Below are positions 48,321 to 57,616 of a stretch of 64,000 nt of DNA, piece after piece; positions within the stretch are counted from its first letter, which is position 1, and the number at the start of each line of letters is the position of its first letter. Origin of the DNA: a virus (Duplodnaviria; Caudoviricetes). The position numbers and the translations under genes were made by a program. The DNA is taken from positions 12,686-76,685 of the IMG/VR virus record IMGVR_UViG_3300037483_000425. One strand, written 5' to 3'. The notes beneath the pieces are model-generated. The model had not been told where the DNA came from. It worked only from the letters and a program-made list of their open reading frames with translations, and did not search any database.

Positions 48321-51300
48321 TTACACATCAAAACTTACACCTGCATTTGTAATCACAAAATCAATCGCAACAAACTCAATAGTTCTGGTTGGAACAATAA
48401 CAATTCGGCCATTCAAACGATTCTGCTCGGCATCCTTGTCAGAGTTATTACGCTCATCCATGATTACATCAAATCTCTCGATTCCTTGCTGAGCCTGAAT
48501 CAAACTAAGCTGAGGAACAACTTGATTAATGAAACGCAATCTTGTAGTTATTGTGTTTTGTTCGAATACAATATTCTTTCCGATATTCGTAACAATTCTC
48601 TTGACCTCTAAAAGAAGTCGTCTAATATTAACTCGATCCAATGCGCTTTTTGCTTGCTGAAGGTTCTTTTGTCCAAAGATTACAAATCCTTCATTCGGAA
48701 AATTTGCAATTGGATTAATGCGAGCATCGTATAAAGTATCACGATCCCCAGTTGTCAATCTAACAGCAATGTTTGTCACAAAGTCTAATGCGCCTCGATT
48801 AAATCCTGCTGGCGCGAACCATGGAAATCCAACTCGATCATTGAATCCTAATGCAGACAAAGCCGCAATAGATGCCGGCAATTGCACCTTTCGATTGTTG
48901 ACAACATCATCAATAACAACATCTGGGAAATATGTTGCAGCGTAACTGTTATCCACTGCTCGTGATTCAAAGTTCTCCGCAGTTTTACGCACATCAGGCT
49001 TTGAATCGCTATCGTCAAATAAACGCACGCCTTGATCGTCATAACTTGGGATATCCATGACATAAAGAGCCATAGAGAATTCCCTCGTCTTTGTTGCAAC
49101 AAAGTCTGTTACAAAGCTGTCTCTGATTCCAGGGATTGCCAAAATATTAATGGATGGAATCTGAGCGCCGTTCGCAGATAATGTGAATGGATCCAAGAAT
49201 ATTTTTGCAGCAGTTTGATAACTAAAGATTGCATTATTTTCTTTTCCTGCACCAGCCGGATTGACAGCCAATCCTGTTGCTAAATATGCAGAAGACGCCC
49301 CACCATCAGTATCGCTTGAAGATGCCCTATCATTTAGACGAGAAGCATTCTTATCAAGAATATTCACTCCATCAAATCCGCCATACATAATATTTGTGAA
49401 CTTATTGAATGTCTGGAATCTATTAAAGTCTGCTGAAGACGTTAAATTCACTAATGTAGCCATGGTGATACGATCCGTAATCACCCCGTCAGAAACCTTA
49501 TAACTGGTAGCATCAGGCTCTGCATTTCTAAGGTATGCGGCCTCTCTAATATGATCTTCAGCTGTACCTGAAAGATTTGCCACATTGCTATTACTAAACG
49601 CAACACGAGCTAATGTGAACTTATTCTCATTGAATGAATCAACATTTGAACCTGTAACCAAGGTATCCAACTTAGACAATCCAACAAACTTGGAATAAGA
49701 TTTTCCAAGACCGCTCTTTTCTTTCGTTGTGTTAGAATTCAATGGTACTTTATTTCTTTCGAGCTTAGCTCCCCAATAAAGGCGACCATCAACCTCTTCA
49801 GAAACGCCAGGGTTTCCTGCAAATCCAGCTTCCGAAACGCTTCCACGTGTGACCTTGAATCTGTATGGAAGTGGAGGAACTATGGACCCACTAAGTTGCC
49901 CAACAGATCCTGAACCTCCTAGTCTAATATTGACACTGGTTGGATCTCCATCAGTATTCAAATCGTTTGTCTTAAGAGCTTCAATGCCTCGGAATCCGAA
50001 CGGCAAAGCCCTTGCTGGAATAAGCCTTCTTTCTACAGCTTCTTCCATAACGATTCTTACAACATTGGACTTATTCTCATAACGACCTTCATCAACAATG
50101 CGACGCTCATCTTCGCTATCTGCGTCGAAAATATAACGAACTTTTCTGTCACCAATCTTTCTTGCAACATAATTCTCGCTTCTAGGATCTAAGTTGCAAT
50201 CAGGGAATCTAGCCACAATTTGCGGATCTTGGTCTGTGTCCTCCCATTTTCTAATTTGAACTTCAAATGTACCAAATGGATTTGTTGGATCCGTGCTTGC
50301 ACGAAGATTTGCAATAGAAACCTTAATGCGATTATTCGCATAATTTCCATCGTCTAATGCTTCGAAATAAAAGAGATCGTACTCTGTTTTACCAAATGGC
50401 TGAGAAATAAACTTGGTTGTTTTCGCGGCTTGAAATCTGGTATCAAAGTGACCATAAGCATCGCGGAAAAGCATTGCTGTATCGCCAGAAGAATCCGACG
50501 TATTCGAAGTCCCAGACAAAATCGCAATAGATCCGGCATCGGTTGAGACGGCCGCCACTTCAGCATCGACAGAATAATCTAGATATAAAAGATGATTCAA
50601 TTCAGCAAATCTATCAGGATTTGTATTAAGAATCTTTGCAATATAATCAGAGCTTCCAGGATCTAAAGATGCTGTGAAAATCGTTGCTTTAAGCGTTGAA
50701 GAAACAATAAGCTTAAACTTATTTGAACTATTCAAAGAAGCAACATCGTCAATAACTGGTGTTGCCAACTGTGATCCAGTTAACTCTTCATCTCCATCAG
50801 CAACCAGGATTCGAGACCCGCTTGTATTGAAAATAACGGCACGAACCACATAAGCATCATCTGTTGCTGATGTTGCAGTAAAGCTGTCATTATCTGTAAA
50901 AATAGGCATGCCAGACACTTCTTCTGTCTGGACTTCGTGTTTGGCTACCAAGAATTGAACAGGACCAAGATGTCTGTCATCTGTTCCAACCGTTCCGGTA
51001 ACAATAAATCCTGCGTTTTTAACTTGACCAGTTAGCCTGGTTTTCTCAATATCATCTGTTGTATCATTAGCACCAGCACCAAGCACACGCATAAATGAGA
51101 CAGACGTGCGATTGGCCAAAAATTTATCAATAGCGTATGTTGCCGGATGCTTAGGATCTAATCCGCCAAATCTTGTTTCAAAATCTGGGGACGATCCCAA
51201 TGTCACCGGCACAAAAGCAGGACCGCGCGGCGAGGTTCCAATAACGCCGGCAGGAACACCCGCTGGACCCTCTTGACGAGCACTGAGGTCTCTCTCTATT

Positions 51301-51338
51301 TCAAAAAATCCTGGTGATCTGAATGTTTGCTCAGCCAT
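48321..51338 (-). CDS. Tail sheath protein 1
   Basis: Same motifs; start at MAEQTF with AGGAG SD. Confidence 0.92.
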   Translation of the reverse strand: MAEQTFRSPGFFEIERDLSARQEGPAGVPAGVIGTSPRGPAFVPVTLGSSPDFETRFGGLDPKHPATYAIDKFLANRTSVSFMRVLGAGANDTTDDIEKTRLTGQVKNAGFIVTGTVGTDDRHLGPVQFLVAKHEVQTEEVSGMPIFTDNDSFTATSATDDAYVVRAVIFNTSGSRILVADGDEELTGSQLATPVIDDVASLNSSNKFKLIVSSTLKATIFTASLDPGSSDYIAKILNTNPDRFAELNHLLYLDYSVDAEVAAVSTDAGSIAILSGTSNTSDSSGDTAMLFRDAYGHFDTRFQAAKTTKFISQPFGKTEYDLFYFEALDDGNYANNRIKVSIANLRASTDPTNPFGTFEVQIRKWEDTDQDPQIVARFPDCNLDPRSENYVARKIGDRKVRYIFDADSEDERRIVDEGRYENKSNVVRIVMEEAVERRLIPARALPFGFRGIEALKTNDLNTDGDPTSVNIRLGGSGSVGQLSGSIVPPLPYRFKVTRGSVSEAGFAGNPGVSEEVDGRLYWGAKLERNKVPLNSNTTKEKSGLGKSYSKFVGLSKLDTLVTGSNVDSFNENKFTLARVAFSNSNVANLSGTAEDHIREAAYLRNAEPDATSYKVSDGVITDRITMATLVNLTSSADFNRFQTFNKFTNIMYGGFDGVNILDKNASRLNDRASSSDTDGGASSAYLATGLAVNPAGAGKENNAIFSYQTAAKIFLDPFTLSANGAQIPSINILAIPGIRDSFVTDFVATKTREFSMALYVMDIPSYDDQGVRLFDDSDSKPDVRKTAENFESRAVDNSYAATYFPDVVIDDVVNNRKVQLPASIAALSALGFNDRVGFPWFAPAGFNRGALDFVTNIAVRLTTGDRDTLYDARINPIANFPNEGFVIFGQKNLQQAKSALDRVNIRRLLLEVKRIVTNIGKNIVFEQNTITTRLRFINQVVPQLSLIQAQQGIERFDVIMDERNNSDKDAEQNRLNGRIVIVPTRTIEFVAIDFVITNAGVSFDV

Positions 51339-51431
51339 TATTTGCTCCTTACCCAACTAGCGAGGGTTTACAATACTAATAATAAGTAGTAGTCACTTCT
51401 TCAAAACACATATGTCAAACTTCGCACAAAT

Positions 51432-52631
51432 TTAGGGAATTTCTATATTTAGAAGCCGTTTTGCACTGATTGTTGTTTCTCCTTTTCGTGCATCTCTTCG
51501 CTTAATTCGAACAAAAGCTTCTTCTTCCTCTCCTGAAAACGGATCTCTAATAATGTCAGATGTAAAAATTTCAGGAAGTCTTGTTATCGGCCTTCCACGA
51601 TTATCTAAATTCTCTAAATTATCTAAGATAAAATCATCAGGATTTCCCGTAGGTGCTGTCCCTTCATTTCTGTGTTGATCGAAAATTCCATCATATACAC
51701 CAAAAGAGATTTCTGGTGCTGACAAATACTTTCTAAAAGGAACCATGTCCCCGCCATTTTTGTTTGCAATCATATAAGCCGGAACAGTAACATTAAAAAC
51801 ATAACGATGAACTCGTTCATCATTCGTAAATTCTTCATAATTGTCTTGCGTATCAATTGCGTCTTCAAAATATGCAACAAACCAATATCCTTTCTTAGAA
51901 TTGATTTTATACGTTCGACCTTGACCGTCATAATTGGTCATTACACTTTCAATCATTTGATTCATATGAAGCTGAAAACTTGTCCAAAAGACAATCTCAT
52001 ATGTAGCTACATATCGAATAGGAAATGGAATCGTGATTATCTCAAATATATTATTTGAAATATTGTTTCTCAAATTCTTGTCAGAAGCATTTGGATCCCT
52101 CCTTGTCGCAACCGTCCCAGGATTAGAACCTTGCAACGTTCCAGCATTCAATAAGTTGCTTACACTTGCTGCATTATCCTGATTTGTCAACCCAATCTTA
52201 TTTATTAGATTTTGATATTGAGGATCTCTTTCACTCAACCTTTTCTTAATGACAAAATCCCCAGTATCTTGACCAATCGCACTTCCCATATTCTCTTTGG
52301 CTTGATTCAACCCCGTTCTTCTAACGCTAATAATAGGCAAAATTAAAGCACCACTTTTGTCACGAATCGGGTTTCGCCTCTCTCTTAATGCAAACCTCTC
52401 TCCTGTAGCAAAAACAACAGGAACTTTTCTTTCAAATTGATCAATTGATTCATCGTCTCGTGTAGTGATAAAAATCTGTTTATCATTCTCAAAAAGATTA
52501 AACATAGCCTCGTCAACATCTCGGATGCCAACTGAAGGAATATGGAAATCCGTAGGAACATTCGCTCCCTCATAGCCAGAAGGAATCCTATTTCCCAAAG
52601 GCTGATTTGTCATTTCCTTTTGTGTACTCAC
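51432..52631 (-). CDS. Tail terminator / sheath stabiliser (T4 gp15-like)
   Basis: VPVVFATGERF, LPIISVRRT, P.P....Y.I..WT; position between neck and sheath. Confidence 0.65.
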   Translation of the reverse strand: MSTQKEMTNQPLGNRIPSGYEGANVPTDFHIPSVGIRDVDEAMFNLFENDKQIFITTRDDESIDQFERKVPVVFATGERFALRERRNPIRDKSGALILPIISVRRTGLNQAKENMGSAIGQDTGDFVIKKRLSERDPQYQNLINKIGLTNQDNAASVSNLLNAGTLQGSNPGTVATRRDPNASDKNLRNNISNNIFEIITIPFPIRYVATYEIVFWTSFQLHMNQMIESVMTNYDGQGRTYKINSKKGYWFVAYFEDAIDTQDNYEEFTNDERVHRYVFNVTVPAYMIANKNGGDMVPFRKYLSAPEISFGVYDGIFDQHRNEGTAPTGNPDDFILDNLENLDNRGRPITRLPEIFTSDIIRDPFSGEEEEAFVRIKRRDARKGETTISAKRLLNIEIP

Positions 52632-52670
52632 CTATATAACTATGCAAATAAAGTATTGTATACTAATAAT

Positions 52671-52895
52671 ATGTTTAACAATATATTATCAAAAGAAGAA
52701 GTAGAAAAAAGATTTCCTAAAGGCTCATCTGTAGAAATTTTAGGAACAGATCGCCTTGGGATTGTTGTCTCGGAAGCAAAAGTTTATCACCCCCTAAAAC
52801 AATGCGGCTATCCAAAATGCGATTGTAAAACAATCAGCGAATTAGACAAAGAAAAACAATCAATTATGGTTCCATATGATATAATGAATTTATGA
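52671..52895 (+). CDS. Small hypothetical protein
   Basis: Start reassigned to ATG 52671 (TATACT 6 nt upstream); coupled to the next gene. Confidence 0.6.
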   Translation: MFNNILSKEEVEKRFPKGSSVEILGTDRLGIVVSEAKVYHPLKQCGYPKCDCKTISELDKEKQSIMVPYDIMNL

Positions 52896-53296
52896 CAAAT
52901 AATGATTTTTTACATTGGTTACATGGATTTTATCAAATGATTGGCGACACGACCTATTGCTTGACTGATCGACAAGTTGACACAATTCTTGATCATATTG
53001 ATCTTGTTCGAAACAACCCTCACAATGCCTTGTCACGACAAATACAATTGACCGAATATATCGCAGGACTATTTGGAATGTGGGACACATTCAATGATAA
53101 ACAAAAATGGAACGCAGGAGATCGGGCCAGAATCGCTCTCTATTTCTATTTTAATCCAGATCGAGCAATGTATGGGTGGCGTTTCCCAATGTATGGGTGG
53201 CGTTTCCCTTCTTCTCTAAGAAAAACATCATTCGAAACTCAAAGATCAGAGTCTTTAGATGCTATTGTAAATCCTAAAATGTTCGTAAGCTGCTAA
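52892..53296 (+). CDS. Paralog of 5891-6280 with an internal 7-aa duplication
   Basis: FLHWLHGFYQM; MYGWRFP occurs twice. Confidence 0.65.
   Translation: MTNNDFLHWLHGFYQMIGDTTYCLTDRQVDTILDHIDLVRNNPHNALSRQIQLTEYIAGLFGMWDTFNDKQKWNAGDRARIALYFYFNPDRAMYGWRFPMYGWRFPSSLRKTSFETQRSESLDAIVNPKMFVSC
53166..53207 (+). repeat. Perfect 21-bp tandem duplication
   Basis: CAATGTATGGGTGGCGTTTCC twice, in frame. Confidence 0.95.
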
Positions 53297-53976
53297 TCGG
53301 AATCCGTATCTCCCTCTCCATAAAAGGCATTTCCAGCTTTACCAACTTGTCCTCTTTCTGATATTTCGGCAGGCTCAGAGACAATTGGGGGATCCAAGAC
53401 CCCTTTATCAACAAGATCTCTCTTGTCTCCAGTTTGCCCTTCCTTGTTTTCGTCAAATCCACGCTGTTGCACAAACGTATCCTGAACAGCATCTTCGTCC
53501 GACAAACGCTCTTCCAACGGCCCAAGTGGTCTAATTGCAAAGTTGTCTTTGCGCGCTTGGCGTCCAATTAACTCAATTCCATCATCATATTCAACTTGAC
53601 CATATATGTTTCTAAACGTTCTAACGGACATTATTTCAAATATGTCCGTTCCATAACTGAAGAAATCTCCATCCTTTAGCTCAATTTCTTTTTGAATCAT
53701 GTCACGAGACTGAATATAAACCTTAATTGACAAAATAGAATCTTGACCAAACTTGTTGGTCTTTACTTCAGCTGGCTGCCAATCAACAATACAATTTATC
53801 TCAATTGGGTTTTCTAAAATCTTTGTTACCGCTTCTTCATAAACTTCATCTACATCCGTCTTATCAAATGAGATAGGATAATAATATATCTTTTGTCCAA
53901 CGAGATCTTTAGTCACTTCCTTGGAAATATCATTAAAGAAATCAATCTCTCTTGGAGTTATAAACAAACGAGGCAT
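53293..53976 (-). CDS. Neck / head-closure protein (T4 gp14-like)
   Basis: LVGQKIYYYP, DEVYEE, GDFFSYG; position in the neck cluster. Confidence 0.7.
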   Translation of the reverse strand: MPRLFITPREIDFFNDISKEVTKDLVGQKIYYYPISFDKTDVDEVYEEAVTKILENPIEINCIVDWQPAEVKTNKFGQDSILSIKVYIQSRDMIQKEIELKDGDFFSYGTDIFEIMSVRTFRNIYGQVEYDDGIELIGRQARKDNFAIRPLGPLEERLSDEDAVQDTFVQQRGFDENKEGQTGDKRDLVDKGVLDPPIVSEPAEISERGQVGKAGNAFYGEGDTDSD

Positions 53977-53990
53977 ATTAACAAATAGTA

Positions 53991-54608
53991 TTAATAATCA
54001 GGTTCTTCCCAAGAAAAACCGATCCCCTCAATATCGCTTGCCTTCTTCTTTTCAGCTTCAGGATCAAATACTGAATAATTTTCCATTTCTTCTGGCGACT
54101 CAACAGCATCAGAATCAATATCCATGCTTGGCTCAATTGGCTTTCTTGGCTTGATTCTATGGGCTTTCGCTATTTCATCAGGAATTGTAGTCCCACGAAT
54201 TCCTCTTACCAATCTTTCACGAGAAACCAAATGCTGAGGAACATCATAAAGATCTGCTAATTTTATATCTGAAACTTTTCCCAACATCTGAAGAATCTCT
54301 GGTGAATTTCTAATTTTTGCCCACTGGACCATCTCAATCGGAATTCCAAATTCTTCAGCAATAGCTCCATCTTTTTCTATTCCCAAACGGGCAATTGCTT
54401 CAGGTGGCAAATCTGGTTGCCTAGAAGCATACTTTAATGCCAACCTCTGACCACGAGGATGCATCCATCCCCATTTTTCTTGCTGTTCGGGGCTCAGCTT
54501 TGGCGGCGGCTCTACATCCTCCATTCCAAGCGTTCCCTTTGGCTCCCTTGGCGGCTCATCCAATTCTTTAATCAAGAAATTTATGTATTCACGCAATAAA
54601 TTCTTCAT
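53991..54608 (-). CDS. HTH-repeat protein with capsid-targeting-like N-terminus
   Basis: MKNLLREYINFLIKE; two LG..D..IA...G/D..V repeats; TAGTTA 5 nt upstream. Confidence 0.65.
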   Translation of the reverse strand: MKNLLREYINFLIKELDEPPREPKGTLGMEDVEPPPKLSPEQQEKWGWMHPRGQRLALKYASRQPDLPPEAIARLGIEKDGAIAEEFGIPIEMVQWAKIRNSPEILQMLGKVSDIKLADLYDVPQHLVSRERLVRGIRGTTIPDEIAKAHRIKPRKPIEPSMDIDSDAVESPEEMENYSVFDPEAEKKKASDIEGIGFSWEEPDY

Positions 54609-54616
54609 AATGATAA

Positions 54617-55333
54617 CTATTTGTCACCTTTGGTAATGTTTTCATTCTCCCATAAAGGTTGAGTATTCAAATAATGAAAACATTTCTTTTGTTGTTCCGG
54701 ATCAGATAAATCGAATTTAGAACAAGGGCAAATATGATCTATGCACCATCCTCCCCTTCCATAATTCTCCCAACTCATTCCATATTGAAATTTAGACTCT
54801 AAATATATCTTATATTCCTCAATAGAACACCCAAGAAGACTAAGCGTTTTTTTAGATTTGCATTTTCCATTCAAAGCATCATATATCCTTTTTCTACAAT
54901 TTTGAAGAATACGATATCCTACATCTTCTTTCCTTCTTTTTGCCCTAACCACTCTTGCACGTTCTCTTAGTTTATCCTTATTTTTTTCCCTATATTTTCT
55001 CTGATACTCAGCCAATTTTTCAGCATTTTCTTGAGCGTATTTCTTTTTTTTAAAGGCAATTAATTCTTTGTTTTTTTCTCGATATATTTTTCCGCGTTCT
55101 TTTATCTTTTCTTTGTTTGCCTCAGCATATTTTTTAACGCATTTGAGGATATTTTTTTTATTTTTTTCATAATATTTTTTTTGATATTTTCTAATTTTAT
55201 TCCTGTTCTTCAAGTATCTATTTGATTTTTTGTCTTCAAAACAAACTTTGCACTCAGAACGATATTTTTGACTGTCTTTTCTAAAATAGAATTCAGAAAG
55301 TTCTTTTTCGGAGTTACATGTTTTACATATCAT
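54617..55333 (-). CDS. HNH-type homing endonuclease-like protein
   Basis: N-terminal CxxC..CxxC, KEK-rich linker, WENYG..WCIDHICPC..HY.NTQPLW; start moved to ATG 55333. Confidence 0.8.
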   Translation of the reverse strand: MICKTCNSEKELSEFYFRKDSQKYRSECKVCFEDKKSNRYLKNRNKIRKYQKKYYEKNKKNILKCVKKYAEANKEKIKERGKIYREKNKELIAFKKKKYAQENAEKLAEYQRKYREKNKDKLRERARVVRAKRRKEDVGYRILQNCRKRIYDALNGKCKSKKTLSLLGCSIEEYKIYLESKFQYGMSWENYGRGGWCIDHICPCSKFDLSDPEQQKKCFHYLNTQPLWENENITKGDK

Positions 55334-55368
55334 GAAAAAGTATATCAACTTTTTCTGGTACGATAAAA

Positions 55369-56550
55369 TTACCCTGCAACAATCATAAAACCATTAGGCA
55401 TCGGCACGCCACGTAATTGCCTCATAAGATTTTCAGACTTTGTAGCTTGCTGTTCAACCAAACTATCATATGTGAGATTCTCAAGCTGATCTCTCAACTG
55501 AGTCCTTAGTCTTTCTTTTTCTTCATATCCGCGAGTCAACAAATCGTCATAGTTCAATTGGACATCTGTGTTCGGAACAGGAATATTCCTTACTTTACCA
55601 CGAATATACCCAAGACGAATCATACACAATGCTAAAGTATATTCTCTAATCCATTGTTTCCCAACAGAATTGATTGTATTATAAGACAAATTATCATATG
55701 GAATATTAGATAGATTGGAGATTCCAAATATGGAATCATCAGCAGATCCGCTTAAGAATGCCTTATTATTAAAAGGATCGCCAGGAAATGAAACTCTAAC
55801 AAATAGCTTTCGAGGATTTCCTGAATCACGAATCGGAACTGGCATAATTCTTAGCTGTTGTCCAATAACTCGATAACTATAATTCGATCTCCTTACGCGC
55901 TGAGAAAGCTGCAATTGTCCTTGACGAAGCAAGTCTTCAAAGACAGGAAGAACATAAAAGATTGTCTCTGGCGTGAAACTTTCAAAATTGAATTCGTTAT
56001 TCAAAAAGTTGATAGCAGATGTGCTATCAAAGAAACGGAAAGCCACAGCCGGGCTAAAATGGAAAACTTCCGTTATTCGCATCCTTCCTTGAGATCCGGT
56101 CGGCTGCAAATCAAACAAAGGCGTTCCATTACCATCAACCAATTCTGTTACTAAATCATAATCTTGACGCCCCTTTTCCAAAGTGATCGATCCAGACAAT
56201 TGGTTCTGATAACCAGAATATGAAGCCTCTTGAGAATAAGGCTCGGCTTGGCGAATCAAAAACTCAAGAGTTTCTCTGGGATATAGATTTTGAACATTAG
56301 AGCCTGTACTTTGCCCTAATAAGGTTGCCATGTTTGAACGAGCCTGGAATTCATTAATGATGGCTCCCCAAACCAAAGTTGCCTCTTCAAAGGCATCCCA
56401 GATTGTTTTACTTGTCAACTCAACAGAAAGGACATCATCCCCCAACGCTCTCTTCACATAGTTTATAATACTATCTGCATCCGCCTGGAAGGTGGTGTCG
56501 CTGTCAAATATCCCAAATGCTGTTGGGTTCGTAACGTCAAGAAATCCCAT
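55369..56550 (-). CDS. Neck / head-tail adaptor protein (T4 gp13-like)
   Basis: LG..VLSVELT, WIREYTLAL...LG.IRGK, L.YDDLL..G. Confidence 0.8.
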   Translation of the reverse strand: MGFLDVTNPTAFGIFDSDTTFQADADSIINYVKRALGDDVLSVELTSKTIWDAFEEATLVWGAIINEFQARSNMATLLGQSTGSNVQNLYPRETLEFLIRQAEPYSQEASYSGYQNQLSGSITLEKGRQDYDLVTELVDGNGTPLFDLQPTGSQGRMRITEVFHFSPAVAFRFFDSTSAINFLNNEFNFESFTPETIFYVLPVFEDLLRQGQLQLSQRVRRSNYSYRVIGQQLRIMPVPIRDSGNPRKLFVRVSFPGDPFNNKAFLSGSADDSIFGISNLSNIPYDNLSYNTINSVGKQWIREYTLALCMIRLGYIRGKVRNIPVPNTDVQLNYDDLLTRGYEEKERLRTQLRDQLENLTYDSLVEQQATKSENLMRQLRGVPMPNGFMIVAG

Positions 56551-56606
56551 ATCTCTTGATAAATATGGGATTTAATCGGTTTTATTTTGTTTTCCAGAAA
56601 TCACTT

Positions 56607-57272
56607 TCAAATGACGGAATTTTTAAATCCCTCATGGATCTCCATGGATATTTTTATGCTTTGATTAATTACATTGATCGAATCTCCGCCTTTCTTTAGC
56701 CTAATAACGAATTTAATAAATTTTCCACTAAGAGGATTGCTTATCCAATTTCCGTCTTTGAAATCGCCTCGCTCATTATGTCTTCGAAGATTGAGTGCCG
56801 CACCATTACCGGCCCGAGCCTGGTTCCAATCTCCTTGATATTTAGGACCCCAAGGAACCGCATCATTTCGCAGCATACCCAAATCAGATATAATAATTTT
56901 ATAGATTCGATGTAAATCGCCTTTTGGAATCGCTTTTTCTATTTCATAAGTTGGAATTATAAGATATTGAAAATCTAATTCACTATCAAGATCATTAAAA
57001 ACATCTGGATCGAAACTTACTAATCGAGCATTTGTTTTGGTAAATTCTTTAGATCTACTAACCGTCCCATAATTGAAAAACAAATCATTTCCTTGAATGT
57101 TTGCCCATGCTCCTTGCCATAAATCTTTTGTTTTTACAGTCCCTGAATCATAAACCGGACCATATCCTCCGCCACCGATCAAATCATATTGTCTGCCCGT
57201 ACTATATGTCCGCTTGATTCCACCGACGAACAAATCGCTGCGCAACTTATTGAATATATTGTCTAATTCCAT
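56607..57272 (-). CDS. Stand-alone paralog of the MCP insertion domain
   Basis: Colinear blocks match MCP aa ~144-330 (TGRQYDLIG, LNLRRHNERGD, KFVIRLKKGG). Confidence 0.88.
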   Translation of the reverse strand: MELDNIFNKLRSDLFVGGIKRTYSTGRQYDLIGGGGYGPVYDSGTVKTKDLWQGAWANIQGNDLFFNYGTVSRSKEFTKTNARLVSFDPDVFNDLDSELDFQYLIIPTYEIEKAIPKGDLHRIYKIIISDLGMLRNDAVPWGPKYQGDWNQARAGNGAALNLRRHNERGDFKDGNWISNPLSGKFIKFVIRLKKGGDSINVINQSIKISMEIHEGFKNSVI

Positions 57273-57277
57273 ATTTT

Positions 57278-57286
57278 ATTATATCA
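57278..57286 (-). promoter_or_regulatory. Extended -10 promoter TGA-TATAAT, leaderless; representative of about 12 sites
   Basis: 5 nt before ATG 57272. Confidence 0.7.
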
Positions 57287-57291
57287 CATCA

Positions 57292-57609
57292 TCAATAAAA
57301 ATTTCTGTCAATTGGAGCGCAAAGAGAAACAAATCTTCCCATCCGCGAGTCCTTTGAAACATCTGAAACAACAAATACAGCATGTCTAAGACCAATGGCT
57401 TTTGCAATATATTCTCTATTTTTTGGAACCCTTGCAATCATAGTTTCTGCGTTTACCTTTCCTGATGCCACCAAAACAGCATCAGGTGTGCCATCCTTTT
57501 CTTTGTCATATATACACCATTCGGCATCTTGGTCTTTTCTCAAAACATCATTAAAATGAAGAGAAACGTCTTCATATAATTCATCGTCAATAATTTGATC
57601 TAATTTCAT
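57292..57609 (-). CDS. Small protein with MKLDQI tag and possible sheath-like motif
   Basis: PKNREYIAKAIG resembles sheath PSSDRFIGKAIG; TGA-TATAAT 6 nt upstream. Confidence 0.65.
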   Translation of the reverse strand: MKLDQIIDDELYEDVSLHFNDVLRKDQDAEWCIYDKEKDGTPDAVLVASGKVNAETMIARVPKNREYIAKAIGLRHAVFVVSDVSKDSRMGRFVSLCAPIDRNFY

Positions 57610-57616
57610 ATTTTCA

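Noticed and set aside
54900-55260. K/E-rich quasi-repeats and A/T homopolymers in the HNH gene as a phase-variation site
   Set aside because: Typical low-complexity linker of this endonuclease family; the frame is intact.
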